A DNA stretch of 64,000 bases from Candidatus Omnitrophota bacterium. GTDB taxonomy: Bacteria; Omnitrophota; Gorgyraeia; B26-G9. A model generated the notes under the pieces. It ran no database searches. It saw only the letters and a program-made list of their open reading frames with translations, and was not told the DNA's origin. Below, in pieces: positions 50,794 to 61,618 of the stretch. The position numbers and the translations under genes were made by a program. The stretch is from positions 25,251 through 89,250 of the forward strand of contig JAHITE010000007.1 of assembly GCA_018817585.1 (NCBI GenBank), read 5' to 3'. Position 1 is the stretch's first letter; each line of letters opens with the position of its first letter.

Positions 50794-50902
50794 TGGTATA
50801 TTTTAAATAGAGGATAGGCGAGTAGTAAAGTACGTTTAATGTTTGGATCTTGAATAAGTTCGGAAATTTAACTGTAACAACCTCGTCTATCCTCGTTTTT
50901 TT
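50794..50902 (+). ncRNA. candidate small RNA: extended -10 (TGgTATATT) followed by a 13-bp stem GAGGATAGGCGAG / CTCGTCTATCCTC (one G-U) enclosing about 59 nt, then G plus a U7 tail
   Basis: Promoter and terminator geometry read directly. The G-U pair and the T-run fit only the + strand. Confidence 0.35.
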
Positions 50903-51012
50903 ATGCCCAAATCGTCCTTGCGTCAATGTTTTCGCGTTAGCGCGTGCGCGAGTTAGAAACAAAATACCTTTCAACGCGTGAACCCGTGAACTTTTTCCTG
51001 CTTTTTCCCCAT

Positions 51013-51041
51013 TGCTACACTGCCTGCTTTGTGCTAGTATA
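51013..51041 (+). promoter_or_regulatory. uvrA promoter TTGCTA-17-TAGTAT; shares TTGTGCTAGTAT with the promoter at 20197-20225
   Basis: Direct read. A perfect direct repeat CGTGAAC-C-CGTGAAC lies about 25 nt upstream at 50973-50990. Confidence 0.45.
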
Positions 51042-51099
51042 TTATTTAAGTTAACAATTAGGAAACCATCCTTTTATCTGCTTTATTTGAGTGTGAACT

Positions 51100-53925
51100 A
51101 TGGACAAACAATCAATTATTATTAAAGGGGCAAAAGAGCATAATTTAAAGTCTCTGGATTTGGAATTGCCGCGGAATAAACTTATTGTAATCACTGGTTT
51201 ATCCGGATCCGGTAAGTCTTCCTTGGCTTTTGACACAATCTATGCCGAGGGCCAGCGGAGATATGTGGAAAGTCTTTCGGCTTATGCCCGCCAATTTCTC
51301 GAGCAATTGCATAAGCCGGATGTGGAATATATCGAAGGCCTTTCTCCGGCAATTGCCATTGAACAAAGAGTTGCTGGAGCTAATCCGCGTTCCACAGTTG
51401 CCACGCAAACCGAAATCTATGACTATTTAAGATTATTATTTGCCCGGATCGGCATTGCATACTGCTATCGCTGTAATCGGAAAATAACCCAGCAGTCTGT
51501 GCAGCAGATTGTCAGCCAGATTATGCAATTACCGGAAAATTCCAAACTCTATGTTTTAGCACCTTTGGTGCGAGGCCGAAAAGGGGAATATCGGAAAATT
51601 TTTGAGGAAGTATCTAAATCTGGTTTTGTCAGGGTGCGGGTGGATAATCAGATCTATGATATAAATGAACCAATTAATCTGGATAAGAAAAAAAACCATT
51701 CCATTGAAGTTGTGGTTGATCGCTTGATCTTAAAGCCGGATATTAAAAAGCGTCTGACTGATTCCGTGGAAACAGCTTTAAAAGTCGGCAAAAGCACAAT
51801 GCTTTTGGCAATTGAAGGCAAAGACGCGAACTTAGAGGAAATGATCTTTAGTGAAGTCTATGCCTGCACGCATTGCGGAATAAATTATGAAGAATTTCAG
51901 CCGAGAATGTTTTCCTTTAACAGTCCTTATGGCGCCTGCGCTGCCTGCGGTGGTTTGGGAACAAAAGTAGAAATAGATGAAGACCTGGTGGTTCCGGAAC
52001 GAACCCGCACTCTCAGAGAAGGCGCGCTTGAGCCTTGGCGCAGAGGCGGCAAGGGCTATATCATGTATTATCGCAGCTTGCTCTATGAATGCGCGGCAAA
52101 AGTTGGTTTTAGTCTGGATGTTTCCTTTAATAAATTAACTAAAAGTGTGCAAAAATTAATCTTATACGGAGATCAAAACATAAATATCTGGGGCAAGCCT
52201 TTTGAAGGAATTATTCCTAATCTCGAAAGATTATTTAAAACCACGGACAGTGAATTCAGAAAAGAAGAAATAAATAAATACATGAGCAATCTGCCGTGTC
52301 CCAGCTGTCAGGGGGCAAGACTTAAGCCGGAAAGTTTAGCGGTTAAGGTAGGAGGATTATCAATCTATGCTATTACCCGGCTGTCAATTGTTAATGCCGC
52401 GAAATTTTTTAAAGATTTAGAACTCAATGATAAAGAAAAACAGATTGCCAATCAGATTTTAAAAGAAATCAGACAGCGGATTGATTTTATGGAAAATGTA
52501 GGACTTAGCTATCTCAGTCTTGACCGCCAGAGCAGTACTTTATCCGGAGGCGAGGCACAGCGGATCCGTTTGGCCACACAGATCGGATCACGGCTGCGGG
52601 GAGTGATCTATGTTTTAGATGAGCCGAGTATTGGTCTGCATCAGCGGGATAATGATAAACTGCTCGATACATTAAAAGTATTAAGAGATATTGGCAATAC
52701 TTTGATTGTCGTTGAACATGATGAGGCCACAATCAAACAAGCCGATTATATTGTTGACCTGGGACCTGGCGCCGGCAAGCAGGGCGGATATATTGTTGCC
52801 CAGGGAACATTAGCCGATATTCTTAAATCCAAAGATTCGCTTACTGCCCAGTATATAAACGGAGACTTTAAAATCCTTCCTGACTATCTGCGGAGTAAAA
52901 AACCAGCGGATAAAAAACCCAAAGCCAAAACAATTGAAATAATCGGCGCGCGGGAGCATAATCTTAAAAATATTAATGTAAGCATTCCTTTGGGAAATTT
53001 TGTTTGTATCACCGGAGTTTCCGGCTCAGGCAAATCAACATTGATCGATGATATTCTTTATCGCGGCCTGGCTAAGAAATTGTATTTTTCCAAAGAAAAG
53101 CCGGGTTTGCATAAAACAATTAAAGGCATTGAAAATATTGATAAAGTAATTGTCATTGATCAATCGCCGATCGGCCGAACTCCTCGTTCCAATCCGGCAA
53201 CCTATACTAATTTATTTTCTCCGATCCGCGATTTTTTCAGCCAAATGCCGGAAGCCAAGATCAGAGGTTATAAGCCGGGAAGATTCAGCTTTAATGTTAA
53301 AGGCGGCCGCTGTGAATCCTGTCAGGGCGATGGAATTAAAAAAATAGAAATGCATTTTCTCTCGGATGTTTATGTGCAGTGCGAAGTCTGTAAAGGCAAG
53401 CGGTATAATGAGCAGACTTTGGAAGTTAAGTACAAAGGCAAGACAATCTCCGATGTGCTGGAGATGACAGTTGCTGATGCCCTGCTGTTTTTCACTGCTA
53501 ATTCCCGGGTTACCTCAAAGCTCCAGGTTTTAAATGATGTGGGTTTGGGTTATATTCAGCTGGGCCAGGCCGCGACCACGCTTTCCGGAGGCGAGGCGCA
53601 AAGAGTAAAACTTTCCACTGAGCTTGCTAAAAAAGCCACTGGGAGAACTTTGTATATTCTCGATGAGCCGACCACTGGCCTGCATTTCGCCGACATTGAT
53701 AAACTGTTAAAAGTTTTGCACACTTTGGTGGATTATGGTAACACAGTGTTAGTGATTGAACATAATCTTGACGTGATCAGAACCGCGGACCATATTATTG
53801 ATTTAGGGCCTGAAGGCGGGGACAATGGGGGGCAGATAATTGCCCTGGGCACGCCGCGGCAAGTAATGAACAGTAAAAAATCGTATACCGGTAAATATTT
53901 AAAACAACATTTAACGCAGCATTAG
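51100..53925 (+). CDS. uvrA: excinuclease ABC subunit A
   Basis: Two ABC ATPase modules ([24 protein letters not shown]), zinc-finger cysteines, LSGGEAQR signatures. 941 aa. Confidence 0.95.
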   Translation: MDKQSIIIKGAKEHNLKSLDLELPRNKLIVITGLSGSGKSSLAFDTIYAEGQRRYVESLSAYARQFLEQLHKPDVEYIEGLSPAIAIEQRVAGANPRSTVATQTEIYDYLRLLFARIGIAYCYRCNRKITQQSVQQIVSQIMQLPENSKLYVLAPLVRGRKGEYRKIFEEVSKSGFVRVRVDNQIYDINEPINLDKKKNHSIEVVVDRLILKPDIKKRLTDSVETALKVGKSTMLLAIEGKDANLEEMIFSEVYACTHCGINYEEFQPRMFSFNSPYGACAACGGLGTKVEIDEDLVVPERTRTLREGALEPWRRGGKGYIMYYRSLLYECAAKVGFSLDVSFNKLTKSVQKLILYGDQNINIWGKPFEGIIPNLERLFKTTDSEFRKEEINKYMSNLPCPSCQGARLKPESLAVKVGGLSIYAITRLSIVNAAKFFKDLELNDKEKQIANQILKEIRQRIDFMENVGLSYLSLDRQSSTLSGGEAQRIRLATQIGSRLRGVIYVLDEPSIGLHQRDNDKLLDTLKVLRDIGNTLIVVEHDEATIKQADYIVDLGPGAGKQGGYIVAQGTLADILKSKDSLTAQYINGDFKILPDYLRSKKPADKKPKAKTIEIIGAREHNLKNINVSIPLGNFVCITGVSGSGKSTLIDDILYRGLAKKLYFSKEKPGLHKTIKGIENIDKVIVIDQSPIGRTPRSNPATYTNLFSPIRDFFSQMPEAKIRGYKPGRFSFNVKGGRCESCQGDGIKKIEMHFLSDVYVQCEVCKGKRYNEQTLEVKYKGKTISDVLEMTVADALLFFTANSRVTSKLQVLNDVGLGYIQLGQAATTLSGGEAQRVKLSTELAKKATGRTLYILDEPTTGLHFADIDKLLKVLHTLVDYGNTVLVIEHNLDVIRTADHIIDLGPEGGDNGGQIIALGTPRQVMNSKKSYTGKYLKQHLTQH

Positions 53926-53937
53926 AGACGCATAATA

Positions 53938-56451
53938 ATGATTATGAATAAAAATCCTGATAAAACTTTTAATAAAATCCTGAAGGCAGGTTTAGTTTTA
54001 ATCCTGGGGATGATGTTTTTAAATAATAGCATTGTGTTCGCGGAAGATAATGAATTTAAAGATCTTTTTTTATCCAAGCAGGTATTTAAAGATGGGTTTT
54101 ATGACAGCGCGATCCGACAGCTGAAGCAATTTCAAAAAGACTATCCCTATAGTAAAAGAATGTTTGAGGTGGAATTTCTGATTGCCCGCTGCTATTTAAA
54201 ACAAGGGCATTTATACAAAGCTTCTTCGGCTTTTGAAGAACTGTTTAAAAAAAGCAAGGAATCAGCGCCGGATAAAACCGATGAGATTATGTTCTGGAGC
54301 GGCGAGACATATTTTAAAGGCAAAGACTATAAGCGGGCGCGGGTGTTTTATCAGAAAATAGTCAATGAATTTCCTCAGTCGCGTTTTACCAGCTATGCCA
54401 GCTATAACAGCGCCTGGGCATCATATGAATCAAAAGATTTTTCGCGGGCGAAAAAAGAGTTTGAATATTTTATAAATAAATTTCCCAATCATGAATATGT
54501 TCCGGAAGCGCAGTTTAAAATCGGAGAAATTTTATTTGAATCAAATCAGCAGGCTCAGGCTCAGACTTTTCTCTTAGTCTATTTAAAAAAACATCCCAAG
54601 CCGGAAAATCTGGCCAGAGTGCATTGTCTGCTGGGTGAGATTTTTTACCGCAGGGGCGATTATCCCAAAGCAATCGAGCATTATAAGGTTTCTTTGGAAA
54701 ATGGCCCGCACTCAAATTACGCGCCTTATGCCCGCTATGGAATCGGCTGGGCTTATTTTGACGCTGCGGATTATCCGGCAAGCTTAAATGCTTTTATGGA
54801 TTTTCTCGAGTTTTTTTCCGGGCATAAATTAGCGGAAATAGTTTATCTCCAGGCCGGTGAATCTAACCGGAAATTAGAGCAATATGGTAAAGCTTTACAG
54901 CTTTATGAAGAAATGATAAAAAAATTTCCCAACGGCAAATGGGCAGCCAGGGCTTTTTTCGCCAAGGCCAAAACGCTTAATGATTTAAATCAAATCAATG
55001 AGGCGATAACCTGTTATCAAGATATGCTCAAACAATTTCCCCAGAATCAGCTGCTTCCGGAGGTGCATTATAACTTAGGGATTTTGTATTTAAATAAACT
55101 AAAGGATAAAAACAGCGCTTTAAAAGAATTAAAGCTGGTTGTCCAGACATCCCCTGAGCCGAAAATTAAAGTTAATGCTTTGAGTAAAATCGCGGATATT
55201 TATTTAGAGTCCGGAGATGTTGAGCTGGCGCAAAAAGAATATGATAAGATCTTAATTGAATTCGCGGACAGTTCGTACGCGGATTATGCCCAATTCCAAT
55301 TAGGGATCAGTTTTTTAAAGCAAGGCCGATTTGACGCGGCAATATTAGCGTTTAATAATGTGATAAATAGCTTTCCGCGAAGCGCTTCGCTGGCTGAGGC
55401 GAGATTTCAATTGGGAATGGCTTATTTTAAAAAAAGGGATTATGAAGCCGCGATTAAAGAACTTAATTTAACAATTGAAAAGCATCCGGATCGGGATTTT
55501 AAAGAACAAGCTTTGTTTTACATCGCGACTTCATTTTATAATCTGAAAAAATTTGATGAAGCGCTGAACGTCTACAATCAGCTTATAAAAACCGCTAAGG
55601 ACAAAGAACTGCTTTGGCGCTGTCTGCATCAGCGCGCCTGGGCATATTATAACAGCGGCAAAGAAAAAGAAGCAATAAACGCGTTTACGGAATTTATTAC
55701 CAAGTGCCCGGAAGCACCGATTATCAGTGATACGCAGTTTTGGCTGGGACAGTATTATCTGCAGAGCGGACAATGTAATAAGGCCAGAGGATACTTTAAT
55801 CAAATTATTCAAAGCAGCGATGATCAGAATGAATTAAAAGACGATGCGATGTTTCAACTTGGGGTTTGCTTTTTAAAATCAGATAACAAAGATCTTGCCT
55901 TGCGGCAATTCATAATGCTTAAACAGGATTTTCCGAACAGTGATTTTGTTCCTGAAGCGGTATTAAAAATAGTCGAGATCTTAAATGAACAGGGAAAAAT
56001 TGAAAGAGCTGAATCAGAGCTAAAACAATTGATCAAAAACCATCCTGATTCAATGTATGAAAATATTGCATATAAAAAACTGGCGGATATCGATCAAAAA
56101 GAAGGTGAATATAAAAAAGCGATTTCTTATTTGGAAAAAGCTTTGCAGTCTAAACAGGCAGTTGCCGAATTTAAAGTTCAGCTGCAGTTTCAAATCGCGA
56201 TGATCAGAGAAGAACTGAAAGATTATGATCAGGCAATGGATGACTATTTAAAAGTGATCTATCTGTATCCGGATCTGGATCAATGGGTCGCTCAAGCCTA
56301 TCTTAAAATCGGCGGATTGTTTGAACTGCAGAAAAATTATGAAAAAGCGCTGGATGCTTACAACAAAATTATAATCGACAATTTACCAAAACAGGAAATC
56401 GCTAAAGAGAGGCTGGAATGGATCAAGCTAAATGTAAACACAGCTTATTAA
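53938..56451 (+). CDS. large secreted tetratricopeptide-repeat protein
   Basis: Signal/TM N-terminus, then more than 15 TPR-like repeats (A..Y..A.....G.Y..A...F.....FP pattern) across 837 aa. Confidence 0.7.
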   Translation: MIMNKNPDKTFNKILKAGLVLILGMMFLNNSIVFAEDNEFKDLFLSKQVFKDGFYDSAIRQLKQFQKDYPYSKRMFEVEFLIARCYLKQGHLYKASSAFEELFKKSKESAPDKTDEIMFWSGETYFKGKDYKRARVFYQKIVNEFPQSRFTSYASYNSAWASYESKDFSRAKKEFEYFINKFPNHEYVPEAQFKIGEILFESNQQAQAQTFLLVYLKKHPKPENLARVHCLLGEIFYRRGDYPKAIEHYKVSLENGPHSNYAPYARYGIGWAYFDAADYPASLNAFMDFLEFFSGHKLAEIVYLQAGESNRKLEQYGKALQLYEEMIKKFPNGKWAARAFFAKAKTLNDLNQINEAITCYQDMLKQFPQNQLLPEVHYNLGILYLNKLKDKNSALKELKLVVQTSPEPKIKVNALSKIADIYLESGDVELAQKEYDKILIEFADSSYADYAQFQLGISFLKQGRFDAAILAFNNVINSFPRSASLAEARFQLGMAYFKKRDYEAAIKELNLTIEKHPDRDFKEQALFYIATSFYNLKKFDEALNVYNQLIKTAKDKELLWRCLHQRAWAYYNSGKEKEAINAFTEFITKCPEAPIISDTQFWLGQYYLQSGQCNKARGYFNQIIQSSDDQNELKDDAMFQLGVCFLKSDNKDLALRQFIMLKQDFPNSDFVPEAVLKIVEILNEQGKIERAESELKQLIKNHPDSMYENIAYKKLADIDQKEGEYKKAISYLEKALQSKQAVAEFKVQLQFQIAMIREELKDYDQAMDDYLKVIYLYPDLDQWVAQAYLKIGGLFELQKNYEKALDAYNKIIIDNLPKQEIAKERLEWIKLNVNTAY

Positions 56452-57950
56452 TTATCTTTATTAGCTGCTTATTCTGGGTAAACCCAGGCCATGCTGAGGA
56501 ATTGGAAAAGCCTTTAATCAAACTGCCGCAGGTAAATATTATTGGTCAGCAAGACACGGATTATCCCTTTGAAAACAGCGGGATTATTTCTGCTGATCTG
56601 GTGGCCCAGTCAAGCTTAAATGAATCTCCCAAGCAGGATGAATCCCAGGGTTTTCTTACCAGCTCCTATGGAAGTTTTGATTCTAAATTATTTGAGGTAG
56701 AACATTCGCTAAAGTCAGAAATGTTCTACTATAATGCCTATATCCAAATCAAAGGCAGTGACGGGGATAGAGATAATTCCCAGTTTATCGCGTATAAACC
56801 TAACCTGAGCGTAGGTATTCCGTTTTATCAGGAGAATGAACTGTTGTTTAATTTTGATTATTTTGATAAAAAAATGGGCCTGCCTGGCAGAACAACTCTG
56901 CCGAGCTTAAACGCCGAAAGAAGAAACAGCGATATGGTTTCATCTTTCAGCTTGATCCACAAACAGGATGATAGCAGCTTTAAATTTACGCCCTATTACG
57001 ACCTGTCGATCTTTAATGATGATCTGGTCCGGGAGGATTTTAAAAACAAACTATATGGTTTGAAATTAGAACTGGCTAATGAAGCGCTGATTTTGGATAT
57101 CAATGCCTATCAGAATCGGCTGGTAAACCATTATAAAGCAGGCGCTGGGAGTGCGGACATTAAAACAAATTCAATTGATTTAAATGACCAATGGAGAGCT
57201 GTTTTGGGAATTAATCTTTTTGCCCAGGAAGAGTTTGGGCAAAGACAGTCTCCGTTTGTTGAACTGGTTTATGAGGAAAATGAGGATTGTCTGCATAAAT
57301 TCACCATCAGCCGCAAGTATGCTCCGATTCAGTTTAATCAAACCTATTTGGAAGATAATTATATTGAAGTCAATCCCGAGCTAATGCGTCCGGTGCGCAG
57401 TTCTGAGATTGCTTATAATCTGGATAAACACATCAGCACACAATGGCGGGCCAATATTTTAGTCTATTATCGTCAGTCTAAAGATTACTGGTTTTTAACC
57501 GATAATGATAATGACGGGTTTTATGCTCCCTTGGCAATTGAGCAGGCTAATCTTAGCGGAATAAATCTGTCCACAGAATATAATTGGAGTGAAGAATTTA
57601 ATTATTTTTTAAGTTTAGATATCCGAAAAATAAGAAGCAAGGATTCGGATTATGAGTTTGTTCCCTTTGAGCCAAAACAAAAAATATCAGTGGGCCTGAC
57701 CTATCAAATGACGGAAAAAACCAAGATTGATTTTGTCGGTGATTACTTTGGCCGGAGATACTATTCCGGCAATGCCAAAGAGAGCTCAAGCGCCTATTTT
57801 CTTTTAGGCTCAAAGCTTACATACAACCGGAAAGATTCCTTGACTTTTTTTGCTTTAATTGATAATTTATTAAATGATCACTACGAAATAGTTAGAGGAT
57901 ACCCTAGTCAGAGCAGAAGTATATTGTCTGGAGTAACGCTCAGATTTTAA
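56418..57950 (+). CDS. outer-membrane beta-barrel protein with a TonB-dependent-receptor-like C-terminus
   Basis: Signal peptide, alternating amphipathic beta-strands, and a C-terminus ...LNDHYEIVRGYPSQSRSILSGVTLRF ending in F. 510 aa, so short for a full TonB-dependent receptor. Confidence 0.45.
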   Translation: MDQAKCKHSLLIIFISCLFWVNPGHAEELEKPLIKLPQVNIIGQQDTDYPFENSGIISADLVAQSSLNESPKQDESQGFLTSSYGSFDSKLFEVEHSLKSEMFYYNAYIQIKGSDGDRDNSQFIAYKPNLSVGIPFYQENELLFNFDYFDKKMGLPGRTTLPSLNAERRNSDMVSSFSLIHKQDDSSFKFTPYYDLSIFNDDLVREDFKNKLYGLKLELANEALILDINAYQNRLVNHYKAGAGSADIKTNSIDLNDQWRAVLGINLFAQEEFGQRQSPFVELVYEENEDCLHKFTISRKYAPIQFNQTYLEDNYIEVNPELMRPVRSSEIAYNLDKHISTQWRANILVYYRQSKDYWFLTDNDNDGFYAPLAIEQANLSGINLSTEYNWSEEFNYFLSLDIRKIRSKDSDYEFVPFEPKQKISVGLTYQMTEKTKIDFVGDYFGRRYYSGNAKESSSAYFLLGSKLTYNRKDSLTFFALIDNLLNDHYEIVRGYPSQSRSILSGVTLRF

Positions 57951-58121
57951 GCTTTCATTTTGCGGTGCGACAATTCAGGCTAAATTCGCTATTAGCCTGA
58001 AAAACTTCAGATATCTTCCTGTATAATTTCGCGATTATAGATTATATATCAAAGAAAAAAAGTATTTTATTTAGATTAATAGCTTTTAAAAAATAGAAAA
58101 AGTTATTCATAAGGAGGAAAA

Positions 58122-58808
58122 ATGCAAAGCATAATATTTAAACTGGTTTGTCTTATCGCGTCTTGTCTGATCTCAACAGGATTATATCTAAAGGTGGATG
58201 TTATCAATAAGGGCGGACCAGTGATGATTCCGATAATTCTCTGCTCAATATTTTCCTTCGCGATTATCCTGGAAAGAGTGGTAAATATATATCGTTCAAA
58301 AATCGATACATCGAGATTTATGGATGAGATCACCGCGGCCTTAAAGCGCAATCGGATCGCGGACGCTTTAGAAATCTGTGAACAGACTCAAGGCCCGATC
58401 GCTCAGATCATAAAAGCGGGAATTGCCAAGCATGATTGTCCCAAGGCTGAGATCCGGGAAGCAATTGAAGATGCTGGTCTGCATGAAGTTCCAAAACTGG
58501 AAAAGAACCTGAGCGCTCTGGCAACAATCGCTCATGTCAGCCCTTTGCTGGGATTACTGGGCACAGTTACCGGAATGGTCAGCACTTTTCAGATCATCCA
58601 GCAAAAAGCGCAGGCAATGTATCCGGTTGATGCTTCCGTGCTCGCTCAGGGAATCTGGGAAGCGCTGATTACCACAGTAGCGGGTTTATTAGTGGCGATT
58701 CCGAGTTTTGTGGCTTATAATTATTTGGTGGCAAAAGTAGGAAGCCTGATTGTGGAAATGGAAATAATGGCCACAGACCTTGTGAATATTCTTACGCAGA
58801 GAAAGTAG
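58122..58808 (+). CDS. MotA/TolQ/ExbB proton-channel protein
   Basis: Three TM helices and the conserved C-terminal region (GLLGTVTGMV...TTVAGL). Confidence 0.8.
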   Translation: MQSIIFKLVCLIASCLISTGLYLKVDVINKGGPVMIPIILCSIFSFAIILERVVNIYRSKIDTSRFMDEITAALKRNRIADALEICEQTQGPIAQIIKAGIAKHDCPKAEIREAIEDAGLHEVPKLEKNLSALATIAHVSPLLGLLGTVTGMVSTFQIIQQKAQAMYPVDASVLAQGIWEALITTVAGLLVAIPSFVAYNYLVAKVGSLIVEMEIMATDLVNILTQRK

Positions 58809-58820
58809 GAGGCAGATCCC

Positions 58821-59234
58821 ATGCGGTTTAGAAAGCATTTAGAGCTGGAGAAAGGGCAAAAAGAAATCAATATCACTCCTTTGGTGGACATGGTATTTCT
58901 TTTGCTTGTTTTTTTCATGCTGACCTCCAGCTTTATCGTTATGCCGGGAATAAAAATCAATCTTCCCAAAGCCGTTACTTCAGAAGTTATAAAAGATAAA
59001 AATATTATTATTACAGTTAACAGTGATAATGTTATTTACCTTAATGAAAAACCAATCAGTTCCGCGGAGCTGACAAGTCATCTGAGTGAAATGGTAAAGG
59101 CAGATAAAGAAATACCTTTACTAATTAAAGCTGATAAAAATACACAGCTGGGATCAGTGGTTATGGTCTGGGATATTTGCCGGAAAGTAGGGATTTCCCA
59201 GATAAATATCGCGACTTTACAGGAAGTCAGATAG
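58821..59234 (+). CDS. ExbD/TolR biopolymer transport protein
   Basis: INITPLVDMVFLLLVFFM N-terminal TM motif. 137 aa. Confidence 0.8.
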   Translation: MRFRKHLELEKGQKEINITPLVDMVFLLLVFFMLTSSFIVMPGIKINLPKAVTSEVIKDKNIIITVNSDNVIYLNEKPISSAELTSHLSEMVKADKEIPLLIKADKNTQLGSVVMVWDICRKVGISQINIATLQEVR

Positions 59235-59236
59235 CA

Positions 59237-59875
59237 ATGCGAGAAAAAAATATATTTGCTATTGCCTTAACATTTTCTTTGGCATGGCATCTTGTTGGCG
59301 GAGAAGCAGTGCATATTGTCTGGCCGGAAAAAATCGTGGAACATAAGTTCCCGGCGATAAATTTCTGGGGATCTTTGCGCGATCTGCCGGGTTTAGATGC
59401 TGTGGATATTGACAAATCTTTAAATCCTCAGAAAAAAGAAAGCACTGTTGTTTCAACTAAAAAACCGCGCGGGGATATGGAATTTAATGTTTTAGCCAAA
59501 GAAGCTTTGCCGGTTTTTGAGCTTTCGGAAAAAAAAGATCCGGTAATTGTTCTGGATTCGGCAGGATCCGCGGATTTTCTTGTTTCCGAAAGCATAAAAG
59601 GCGAGTTAAAACGAAGCATTTTAATCAAACCCGCTTTACCTAAATATCCGGAATGGGCCAAAGCACTGGGCAATTACTTTGAAGTGGAGTTAAAATTTTT
59701 GATCCTAGCCGATGGGACAGTGGGAACAGTGAAAAAAGTGACTTCTGCCGGATATCCTGAACTGGATGAAATCGGGATTCGCTATATTCGAAAATGGAAA
59801 TTTATGCCTTTACCTGAGGGAGCGAAACCCGCGGAGCAATGGGGAACAGTGAAACTGGTTTTTAATCTTAAATGA
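59237..59875 (+). CDS. TonB-family energy transducer (C-terminal TonB domain)
   Basis: N-terminal TM, a Pro/Lys linker, and a C-terminal TonB fold (YPEWAKALGNYFEVELKFLILADGTV...). I prefer the ATG at 59237 over the track start, which overlaps exbD. Confidence 0.55.
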   Translation: MREKNIFAIALTFSLAWHLVGGEAVHIVWPEKIVEHKFPAINFWGSLRDLPGLDAVDIDKSLNPQKKESTVVSTKKPRGDMEFNVLAKEALPVFELSEKKDPVIVLDSAGSADFLVSESIKGELKRSILIKPALPKYPEWAKALGNYFEVELKFLILADGTVGTVKKVTSAGYPELDEIGIRYIRKWKFMPLPEGAKPAEQWGTVKLVFNLK

Positions 59876-60135
59876 TAAATTTATCCTTTGATCAAGCAGT
59901 CGCGTACTATATATTGTTTTTTATCATAATATTCGCGGGAAGTCTCGTATTTGCTTTTTGCCTTAAAGATAAACAATGGTATCCTAAAGAATTTACGTTT
60001 TGGCAATGCTCGATTTGCGGATTTGTTTATTCCTGTATGTTTGATAATAATATAACTGTTTGTCCGCAATGCGGCAGTTTTAATAAAAGAGTTGTTTTAG
60101 AAACTTCAGAGGAAACAAAGAAAAATTTTAAGTAA
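59872..60135 (+). CDS. small membrane protein with a C-terminal zinc ribbon (CSICG...CPQCG)
   Basis: One TM helix followed by two CxxC pairs. Overlaps the tonB stop by 4 nt. Confidence 0.4.
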   Translation: MINLSFDQAVAYYILFFIIIFAGSLVFAFCLKDKQWYPKEFTFWQCSICGFVYSCMFDNNITVCPQCGSFNKRVVLETSEETKKNFK

Positions 60136-60209
60136 AAGAGTTAAGGGTGATCATTAATTAACAAAGCTAATTTTAAAAGGGGTTATTAGACAAATAAGGA
60201 GGGGTTATT

Positions 60210-60422
60210 ATGATTATGGAGATTGGGATTGTGGCAGGAGACATCTGGCATTATCTGGATGAAAATGGAGCTGTTGATCTGGAAAATTTGATCAGCGGCG
60301 TAAATAAGCCGAGAAATTTAGTATTAATGGGCCTGGGCTGGTTAGCCAGAGAAGGACATGTCAGCGTGTGCAATGAACATGAAAAAACTTGCCAGATAAG
60401 ACTTAGAGAAAAAAAGGTATAA
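60210..60422 (+). CDS. small winged-helix protein (DUF2582-like)
   Basis: 70 aa with IGIVAGDIWHYLDENG...LGWLAREG, which I recall as the DUF2582 pattern. RBS AAGGAGGGG. Confidence 0.4.
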   Translation: MIMEIGIVAGDIWHYLDENGAVDLENLISGVNKPRNLVLMGLGWLAREGHVSVCNEHEKTCQIRLREKKV

Positions 60423-60429
60423 ATTTAAA

Positions 60430-60759
60430 ATGAGCAAAGAAAACAAGGAATGTATTGTTGTTTTTGTTACTGCCGGCTCAGATCAGGAAGCTGATCTGCT
60501 CAGAGAAAAGTTGCTTGCAGCTAAACTGGCAGCATGTGTAAGCAAAACCAATGTTAATTCCATGTTTTTCTGGGAAAATAAAATCCAGACAGAAAATGAA
60601 GTGCTGCTGATCATCAAAACAAAATATAGTTTATATTCAGAGCTTGAGGCTTTGGTCAGACAGCTGCACAGCTATGATCTGCCGGAGATTATCGCCTTAC
60701 CGATTATCAGCGGTAGTAAACCGTATCTTGAATGGATAAACGAAAACACGAAAAAGTAA
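60430..60759 (+). CDS. cutA: divalent-cation tolerance protein CutA
   Basis: CutA1 fold motifs (IVVFVTAGSDQEA...LAAC...IKTK...PEIIALPI). 109 aa. Confidence 0.75.
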   Translation: MSKENKECIVVFVTAGSDQEADLLREKLLAAKLAACVSKTNVNSMFFWENKIQTENEVLLIIKTKYSLYSELEALVRQLHSYDLPEIIALPIISGSKPYLEWINENTKK

Positions 60760-61004
60760 AAAGCACTTTTAGCTCATAGTTGATAGCTCATGGCTCATAG
60801 CAAAAGCAAAAAAACAAAATAAAGTAAAAAGGCTGGGATTAATTATCCCGGTCTTTTTTTTGTAGGGGCGCTGCTTGCCTGCGCCTGTATCATAATTATT
60901 CCACCGATTATTACGGGCCGAGGCAAGCGCGGCCCCTACGCTGTGACCTTGTGATTTTTAAACATTTTTTCTAAAAATGTTTAACTTGTGATATAATAAA
61001 TAAA
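60760..61004. repeat. composite intergenic repeat element, copy B; contains an intrinsic terminator (60833-60861), a GC-rich imperfect 24-nt-arm palindrome (60862-60940), CTGTGACCTTGTGA, and a perfect 12-bp hairpin TTAAACATTTTT/AAAAATGTTTAA
   Basis: Motif order and sequences match copy A (41898-42074). The palindrome is roughly 70% GC in an AT-rich genome. Confidence 0.5.
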
Positions 61005-61616
61005 ATGAAAAAAGGATTTACTCTCTTAGAGCTGCTTATCGGTATAACCATCTTCGCGATTATTTCCGGAGCGGTTTATACCAGTCTTTATCTGGGGGTA
61101 AAGGTTTGGAAGCATGAAGAAAAAAATAATTCCAGCCTTCAGGAGATTATCCTGACCTTTGAACTGATCGAAACAAATCTGTTCAGTACGTTTATCAACC
61201 CGGAAAATGAGAATATAAAATTCAAAGGCAGCGCGGACCGCCTGGAATTTTTCCGGGTGAATAATGCCGAGCAATTAGAATCAGTTTGTTTTTATTTGGA
61301 TTCCGCGGCAGAAAAAGATTCAGCTGAATTATTGGTTTTAAGGAAAAGATATTCTTTGCCTGATCAGCAGCAGCCGGAAGTCAGCCCGGAGATTGTGAAT
61401 AATCAGATCAAAAATTTTAAATTAAGCTATTTTAATAATAAAGAAAATAAATGGAATGAGGATTGGCCTGAGGAATTATTACTGCCCAGTCAGGTAAAAG
61501 TTGAGATTGATTTTAAGCTAAATGATTCCGCGGACAGTGCTTTGCACTTCGAAAAATACATCAGCATTCCCGCGGCAAATAAAATAGAATTAGCAACTGA
61601 TGATATCGCGGCTTAA
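61005..61616 (+). CDS. GspJ-like minor pseudopilin (prepilin-type N-terminal signal)
   Basis: KGFTLLELLIGITIFAIISGAV class-III signal peptide. 203 aa. Confidence 0.6.
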   Translation: MKKGFTLLELLIGITIFAIISGAVYTSLYLGVKVWKHEEKNNSSLQEIILTFELIETNLFSTFINPENENIKFKGSADRLEFFRVNNAEQLESVCFYLDSAAEKDSAELLVLRKRYSLPDQQQPEVSPEIVNNQIKNFKLSYFNNKENKWNEDWPEELLLPSQVKVEIDFKLNDSADSALHFEKYISIPAANKIELATDDIAA

Positions 61617-61618
61617 TT

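Noticed and set aside
50973-50990. Alphaproteobacterial-type LexA box (GTTC-N7-GTTC) upstream of uvrA
   Set aside because: The repeat is CGTGAAC-C-CGTGAAC (GTTC-N4-GTTC on the other strand). The spacing is wrong for the alpha-type box. I kept it only as an unexplained direct repeat within the uvrA finding.
59177-59236. Upstream extension of the TonB ORF overlapping exbD by about 58 nt
   Set aside because: The internal ATG at 59237 has an RBS and begins the TM segment. The extension is probably a caller artefact from taking the longest ORF.
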